64,000 nucleotides of DNA from Alphaproteobacteria bacterium. Its GTDB lineage: Bacteria; Pseudomonadota; Alphaproteobacteria; UBA828. Every line of letters starts with the position of its first letter. Within the stretch, counting starts at the first letter, position 1. The position numbers and the translations under genes are program-made. The stretch lies in the NCBI GenBank assembly GCA_965221125.1, contig CBDCRW010000006.1, positions 384,001 to 448,000 of the forward strand, in the 5' to 3' direction. Shown in pieces: positions 57,349 to 64,000 of this stretch. Under the pieces are notes generated by a model. That model saw nothing but the letters and a program-made list of their open reading frames with translations, was not told the DNA's origin and made no database searches.

Positions 57349-58167
57349 TCAGCTCACGCCGATCATGAACACGCCGTGCGCATCGGCGCGCGCGACGGCC
57401 TGGGCGCGCTCCAGGATCAGCGTCTCGCCCGCCTCAATCGCCACGCCGCGGAAGCCGGCTGCGGCGAGCGTCTCGATCGTGCCGGCACCGATGGTCGGAA
57501 GGTCGGCGCGGCGTTCCTGATCGGGCTTCTTCACCTTGACGAGCACCGCGCCCGGTCCCGCCTCCTGCAACGGGGCGCAGCGCTCGATGAGCGCGTCCGT
57601 TCCCTCGACGCCCTCGACGCCGAGCACGCGCCCCGCCTGCACGACGACGGCCTGGCCGATGTCGTGGGCGCCGAGCGCCCGCGCCGCCTCGACGCCGATG
57701 GCGATGTCGCGCCGGGCTGCCTCGTCCGGCGCGTGCGCGCCGATCACGCCGGCCGGCGCGCAGAGCGACGCGATGAGCGTGTCGGCGCCGACCACGGCGA
57801 AGCCCTCGTCCTCGAGCTCGGCGATCACCAGCGAGAGCAGCGCGTCGTCGCCCTTCGCCTTCGCGCTCGCGATGCGCCCCATGAGCCGCATGCCGCGCAG
57901 ATCCGGCCTGATGGTGGAGAGGGAGGGCCGGCGGATCGACCCGGCGAGCACCACCTCGCGGCAGTTCGCGCGCTTGAGCGACTTCAGCAGGGTGCCGACG
58001 GCGCCGAAGCCGAGCCAGCGGTGGGGAACGCCCTCGCACGTCGCCGGATCGGTCTCGCCCTCGAAGGCGATGACCATGACCTCGCGGCCCTCGCCGACCG
58101 AGGCGCGCGCGATGAGGCCCGGCAGCGGTCCACCACCCGCGATGATGCCGAGGCTATTCCCTGCCAT
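57349..58167 (-). CDS. lpxI: UDP-2,3-diacylglucosamine pyrophosphatase
   Basis: GIIAGGG.LP, GDDALL, DIGQAVV, EGTD, DLPTIG; lies between lpxA and lpxB. Confidence 0.9.
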   Translation of the reverse strand: MAGNSLGIIAGGGPLPGLIARASVGEGREVMVIAFEGETDPATCEGVPHRWLGFGAVGTLLKSLKRANCREVVLAGSIRRPSLSTIRPDLRGMRLMGRIASAKAKGDDALLSLVIAELEDEGFAVVGADTLIASLCAPAGVIGAHAPDEAARRDIAIGVEAARALGAHDIGQAVVVQAGRVLGVEGVEGTDALIERCAPLQEAGPGAVLVKVKKPDQERRADLPTIGAGTIETLAAAGFRGVAIEAGETLILERAQAVARADAHGVFMIGVS

Positions 58168-58954
58168 CGTCCCGTGGCTGGCATATCGAGCGGTCGCGAT
58201 CGAGCCGGATGAAGTCGACGATGTCCATGACCGGCTCGTTGTCACGGAACAGCTCGGCGACGTCCGCCAGACGCTCCGACATGGTCCCCTCCTGCGCGAA
58301 GAGCAGGCGGAAGGCGCGGCGGAGGTCGTGCACGATGTCGCGGTTGAAGCCCCGGCGCTTGAGCCCGATCAGGTTGAGCCCCGTCAGCCGGGCACGGTCG
58401 CCCATGGCCGAGCCGTAGGGGATGATGTCGTGCTCCACCCCGGACATGCCGCCGACGACCGCGTGGCGCCCGATGCGCACGAACTGGTGCACGCCCGCGA
58501 GGCCGCCGATGATGGCCCAGTCGTCCACCCTCACGTGGCCGCCCAAGGACGCGTTGTTTGCCATGACGACGTGGTCGCCCACGATGCAGTCATGGGCGAC
58601 GTGGGTCGCGATCATGAACAGGCAGTTGCTGCCGACCTGGGTCAGCATGCGCCCGTGGGGCGTGCCCGGACTCATGGTCACGTGCTCGCGGATCACGTTG
58701 TCGGTGCCGATCTCGAGGCGGGAGGGCTCGCCGCGGTACTTGGTGTCCTGCGGCGGATGGCCGATCGAGGCGAAGGGATAGATGCTCGTGCGCGCCCCGA
58801 TGCTCGTGCGCCCGGCGACGATGGCGTGGGAGACCAGGCGAACCTCGTCGCCGAGGACGACGTCTGCGCCCACCATGCAGTAGGGGCCGATGCTGACGCC
58901 GTCGCCGAGCGCGGCGCCGGGCTCGACGATGGCGGTGGGGTGAATGTCCGCCAC
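58154..58954 (-). CDS. lpxA: UDP-N-acetylglucosamine O-acyltransferase
   Basis: IHPTAIV, PQDTKY, HVAHDC, GVHQF, GLNLIGLKR. Confidence 0.96.
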   Translation of the reverse strand: MADIHPTAIVEPGAALGDGVSIGPYCMVGADVVLGDEVRLVSHAIVAGRTSIGARTSIYPFASIGHPPQDTKYRGEPSRLEIGTDNVIREHVTMSPGTPHGRMLTQVGSNCLFMIATHVAHDCIVGDHVVMANNASLGGHVRVDDWAIIGGLAGVHQFVRIGRHAVVGGMSGVEHDIIPYGSAMGDRARLTGLNLIGLKRRGFNRDIVHDLRRAFRLLFAQEGTMSERLADVAELFRDNEPVMDIVDFIRLDRDRSICQPRDDGRE

Positions 58955-58955
58955 G

Positions 58956-59422
58956 TCAGGTGTCTTCCAGGATCATCGCCGAGTACGTCGCTTCCGCGAC
59001 CGTCTGGCCCTCGACCGCGGCCCTGGCCTCGAACTTCCAGACGTTGCGGCGGCGGTGCTTCTTGGTGACGTGGATGAAGAGCTGATCGCCCGGCACCACG
59101 GGGCGGCGGAAGCGGCAGTGGTCGACCGACATGAAGTAGACGAGCTTGCCCGCCATCGCGGGCCCGAGGGTCGCCACCACGAGCACGGCCGCGCTCTGCG
59201 CCATCGACTCGATGATCAGCACCCCCGGCATGACGTGCCGGCGCGGGAAGTGGCCCTGAAAGTACGATTCGTTGATCGACACGTTCTTGATGCCGGTGGC
59301 GCTCTCGTCCGGGATCACGTCGATCACGCGGTCGATCATGAGGAACGGGTAACGGTGGGGGATCGCCTCGAGGATCTCCTCGATGTCCATGCGCTCCACC
59401 GCCTGCTGCGGTGCCGTCTCGT

Positions 59423-59426
<4 letters not shown>
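58956..59426 (-). CDS. fabZ: 3-hydroxyacyl-ACP dehydratase
   Basis: [29 protein letters not shown]. Confidence 0.95.
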
Positions 59427-60450
<1,024 letters not shown>

Positions 60451-60451
<1 letters not shown>

Positions 60452-61011
60452 CAGCTCTCGTCGAAGATCAGGACGATCTCGGGGAACGACGCGTTCAGCC
60501 GTTCGATGACCGTGTCGGTCAGGTTGAACTCCGCCACGGCGTAGAGCGACGCATGGAGCGGCAGGACGACGTCGATGCCGCGGCTCTCCGCCACTTCCGC
60601 CACGACCGTGCTCAGAGCCTCGCGGAAGCGGACCTCGCCTTCCGCGACGGCGCGCTGCAACATCTGGTTCTGCGCCTTGGCTCTCTGGTCGGCACTCGTC
60701 ACTTCGGCGTTGAATTCGCGCTCGCGCTCCTCCAGCGCGGCCGGCGCGAGCAGCGCCTGCTGCCCGATAATCTCGTCTCGAATGACTCGCAGCCGTTCGG
60801 CCTCGCGCTGCGCCTCTTCGGCGTAGGCCTTGCGCTGCGTCTCGCCCTGGCTGCGGATCGAGTGGACCGCCGTCGCCTCCTCGAGAATCCGCCCCATCTC
60901 GATGACGGCGATCCGCGTCCCGTGCTCGTCTGCCGAAACTCCGGCGGCGCCGCCCAGCGCGCAGGGGACCGCGAGCGCGAGCACCAGCCAGAGCCGCCTG
61001 AACGTGCCCAT
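60451..61011 (-). CDS. skp: OmpH/Skp outer-membrane chaperone
   Basis: Signal peptide, [10 protein letters not shown], coiled coil, [11 protein letters not shown]; between bamA and lpxD. Confidence 0.85.
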
Positions 61012-61013
61012 GG

Positions 61014-63272
61014 CTAGAACCTCGTTCCGAAGCTGAAGCGGAAGCTCTCCGTCTGGTCGAAGTCTTCCTTGATCAGGGCCCGCGCGAAGTCGAGCCGGAT
61101 CGGCCCCAGCGGCGAGCGGAAGTTGATCCCGGCGCCGATCGAGAGCCGGGGCGAACTCTCGTCCAGAAGCTCGGGCCCCGAGTCGTCGATCGTGGTCAGC
61201 GTGCCGACGTCGGTGAAGACCGCGCCGCGCAGGTTGAGCTCGTCCGGCAGGCCGAGCGGGAAGCCCAGCTCGCCCGTCAGCGAGTAGAACATGTTGCCGC
61301 CCAGCGCGTCGCCGGTCTCGGAATCGCGCGGGCCGACGCCGCTCGGCTCGAAGCCCCGGAGCCTGCGCCCGCCGAGGAAGAACCGATCCACGATCCGCAC
61401 GTCGTCGTCGATGCCGAATACATGGCCGGCCCGCGCCAGGGCGGAGAGCACCCACCCGTCCGCGACCGAATAGAAGTTGCCGAAGGTGAGAGTGTGCTTG
61501 AGGAAACTTGCGTCGCCGCCGACGCCGGCGAATTCCTGCCCGAAGCGCACGTAGTAGCCATCGGTCGGGTCGATGCGGCTGTCGCGCAGGTCGTACTGCA
61601 GCCTGTGGGCGATCGCCGAGGTGGTCGTCTCGCCCTCCTGCTCGCGGATGAACCGCGACGTGGTATCGGAAACGTCGCTGACTTCGTCGTTCCGGAGCGA
61701 GTAGGAGACGGTATGGCGCAGCCGTTCGGCCAACGGATAGCTGGCCCGCGTGGTGAAGCCCACGGTCTCCCGGTCGAACGAGCTCTGGTCCTGCAGGTCG
61801 ACCGTCCGGCTGAAGATGTCGAAGCCGGCGGCGACGTCACGGTCCAGGAAATAGGGCTCGGTGAAGCTCAGGTCGATCTCCTGGCGGCTCTCCGAAACCG
61901 TGAGCCCGAGCCGGAGCTCCTGTCCCTTGCCGAGCAGGTTGCGCTCGCGGATGGAAATGTCGCCGAGCACGCCTTCCGCCGACGAGACGCCGGCGCCGAA
62001 GCTGAGCTCGCCGGTGGGCACCTCTCTCACGTCGACCGTGAGGACGGTGCGGTCCGGCGCCGAGCCCTCGCTCGCTTCGATGTCGACCTGGCTGAAGAAG
62101 CCGAGGTTCATGATGCGCTGACGCGAGCGCCGGATGAGGGCCGTGTTGTAGGCATCGCCCTCCGCCAGCCGGAACTCGCGGCGGATCACCTCGTCGAGGG
62201 TGCGGGCGTTTCCGGTGATCTCGATGCGCTCGACGTAGACCCTCGGACCCTCGTCGATGTCGAAGGTGACGGCGACGGTCCTGGCCTCGCGGTCCGGCTC
62301 GACCTGCGGGCTCACGTCGACGAAGGCGTAGCCGCGGCTGCCGACGGCTTCGGTGAGCGCCACCAGCGTGTCCTCGACCTCGTCCGCGTCGTACCAGTCG
62401 CCCTCTTCCATCTCGACGACGGGGCGGAGATCCTCCGGCGCGAGGTCGCGGAGCTGGCTTTGGATGTCGATGGCGGAGACCCGGTAGCGCTCGCCCTCCT
62501 CGAGGGAGAAGGTGACGATGAAGCCGCTGCGGTCCGGCATCAGCTCGGCCACGGCCGAAATGACGCGGAAGTCGACATAGCCGTTGGAGAGGTAGAAGCG
62601 GCGGAGCAGCTCACGGTCGAACGTCAGCCGGTCGGGATCGTAGGTGTCCGCGCTGGTGGCGAAGCGATACCACGCGTTCTCGACGGTCTGGATCTCGTCC
62701 CTGAGCGCGCTGTCGCTGAAGCGCGTGTTGCCGACGAAGTTGATCACCTCGACTTCCGTGACCGGCCCCTCGTCGATCTCGAACACGAGATCGACCCTGT
62801 TCTGCGGAAGCTGGATGACCTTGGGCTCGACGCTCACGGCGAAGCGGCCGCTACGCCGGTAGATCTCGGTCAGCCGCTGCAGGTCTGACTGCACCCTCGG
62901 CCGGGTGTAGACCACGCGCGGCTGAAGCTGGATCTCGGCCCCCAGCTCGTCGTCGCCGATTGCGTCGTTGCCCTCGAAGGCTACGCGGTTGATGATCGGG
63001 TTCTCCACCACGCGGACCACGAGCGCGTTTCCGTCCCGCCGAATGGCCACGTCGGCGAAGAGGCCCGTATCGAACAGGCGCTTGAGGGAGTCGTTGACCG
63101 CACCGGAATCGTATGCGTCGCCCGGCCCGATCGCCATGTAGGACCGCACGGTTTCTGCCTCGATACGCTCGTTGCCCTCGACGAGGACGGACTCGATCAT
63201 GCTGTCCTGCGCCGTCGCGGCACCGATCCACACGCCGAGGATGACCACTGTCAGCCAGACGATGTGTCGCAT
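61014..63272 (-). CDS. bamA: Outer membrane protein assembly factor BamA
   Basis: POTRA repeats (VEGNERIE), [18 protein letters not shown], terminal F. Confidence 0.97.
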   Translation of the reverse strand: MRHIVWLTVVILGVWIGAATAQDSMIESVLVEGNERIEAETVRSYMAIGPGDAYDSGAVNDSLKRLFDTGLFADVAIRRDGNALVVRVVENPIINRVAFEGNDAIGDDELGAEIQLQPRVVYTRPRVQSDLQRLTEIYRRSGRFAVSVEPKVIQLPQNRVDLVFEIDEGPVTEVEVINFVGNTRFSDSALRDEIQTVENAWYRFATSADTYDPDRLTFDRELLRRFYLSNGYVDFRVISAVAELMPDRSGFIVTFSLEEGERYRVSAIDIQSQLRDLAPEDLRPVVEMEEGDWYDADEVEDTLVALTEAVGSRGYAFVDVSPQVEPDREARTVAVTFDIDEGPRVYVERIEITGNARTLDEVIRREFRLAEGDAYNTALIRRSRQRIMNLGFFSQVDIEASEGSAPDRTVLTVDVREVPTGELSFGAGVSSAEGVLGDISIRERNLLGKGQELRLGLTVSESRQEIDLSFTEPYFLDRDVAAGFDIFSRTVDLQDQSSFDRETVGFTTRASYPLAERLRHTVSYSLRNDEVSDVSDTTSRFIREQEGETTTSAIAHRLQYDLRDSRIDPTDGYYVRFGQEFAGVGGDASFLKHTLTFGNFYSVADGWVLSALARAGHVFGIDDDVRIVDRFFLGGRRLRGFEPSGVGPRDSETGDALGGNMFYSLTGELGFPLGLPDELNLRGAVFTDVGTLTTIDDSGPELLDESSPRLSIGAGINFRSPLGPIRLDFARALIKEDFDQTESFRFSFGTRF

Positions 63273-63325
63273 TCGGCCCCTTCCCCGTGCCGTTGTCGCA
63301 CCGGACACCCGCGCCGCTCGCCCGC

Positions 63326-64000
63326 TCACGAGGTCAGGCCGATGATGTCCTTCGTCGTCACCCATACCATCAAGGCTATAACGAGCGTTAGCCCTACCGT
63401 CGCGCCGATCTGCTGAAACCGGGCCGCGAGCGGGCGCCGGAACGCGGCTTCCAGGCCGTTGTACAGCAGGTGCCCGCCGTCGAGCGGCGGAATCGGGAAG
63501 AGATTGATCAGCCCGAGAGCGATGGAAATCAGCGCCGCGAACTCGACGAAGCCCGCGACGCCGCGCTCCAGCACGCTTCGCGACATGACGGCGATGCCGA
63601 CCGGGCCGCTCAGCTGCTCGGTGGAGCGGGCGCCCACGATCATCTGGCCGATGGCGCGGAGGTTGGCGGCGGCGAGCGCATAGGTGTGCTCGACGCCGGC
63701 CCAGATCGATCCGCCGACGCCGAGATCGCGGAACGCGGTCTGCTCCTCGGGGTAGACGCCGATTCGCCCGGTGCCGTTCACGTCGTTCGGCGTGATCGTG
63801 AGTGCCACCTCGCCGCCTGCGCGTTCCACGACGAACGTAAGCGGCGTCGCCGCGTTCCGCTCCACGATCGTGCGCAGGTGGTCGAAGCTCTCGATCGCCG
63901 CGTCGCCGATGCGCACGATCTTGTCGCCGGCCTGGAGGCCGCCCCTCTCGGCGGGGCTGCCCGCCACCACTTGCGCGACCGAGGCCGGCGTGAACGGCCG
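63326..64000 (-). CDS. rseP: RIP metalloprotease RseP, 3' part (5' end lies outside the window)
   Basis: PDZ (SPAERGGLQAGD), LSGPVGI, NLFPIPPLDGGH; upstream of bamA. Confidence 0.92.
   Translation of the reverse strand, partial: RPFTPASVAQVVAGSPAERGGLQAGDKIVRIGDAAIESFDHLRTIVERNAATPLTFVVERAGGEVALTITPNDVNGTGRIGVYPEEQTAFRDLGVGGSIWAGVEHTYALAAANLRAIGQMIVGARSTEQLSGPVGIAVMSRSVLERGVAGFVEFAALISIALGLINLFPIPPLDGGHLLYNGLEAAFRRPLAARFQQIGATVGLTLVIALMVWVTTKDIIGLTS

Overview
High-GC alphaproteobacterial chromosome segment (lpxI, petP/petR-type regulators and uvrC-pgsA-moa synteny; Rhodospirillales-like by inference). Left to right: (1) a catabolic island (1-11.3 kb) abutting the 3' end of tRNA-Lys(CTT). It carries a single-ORF fusion of an ABC permease, a 2-aminophenol 1,6-dioxygenase alpha subunit and an arylformamidase, a sugar-type ABC transporter, and a hydantoinase/acetone-carboxylase-like pair. 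(2) Partial inositol genes and a Liv-type ABC transporter. (3) Core genes: uvrC, pgsA, mobB-moeA-moaD-moaE, LPS glycosyltransferases, ilvE, MarR/OmpR/EnvZ, proC, gpt, coxD/coxE-like. (4) An intact 4.6-kb TGT...ACA transposon (38695-43315) with a 5-bp CCATC target duplication. It encodes a Zn-finger ORF, a DD35E transposase, an ExeA/TnsC-like ATPase and an SF4/RepA-like helicase-wHTH protein, followed by an iteron-like palindrome; this is the best candidate for an undescribed system. (5) Entner-Doudoroff genes, a redoxin-cytochrome c-Cu monooxygenase fusion under TetR control, two convergent fold-IV aminotransferases, a double cold-shock protein and the rseP-bamA-skp-lpxD-fabZ-lpxA-lpxI-lpxB operon. 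A ~120-150 bp multi-hairpin repeat with compensatory base changes occurs three times, each time overlapping a TAG stop codon. All assignments come from motif recognition by eye; no searches were run.
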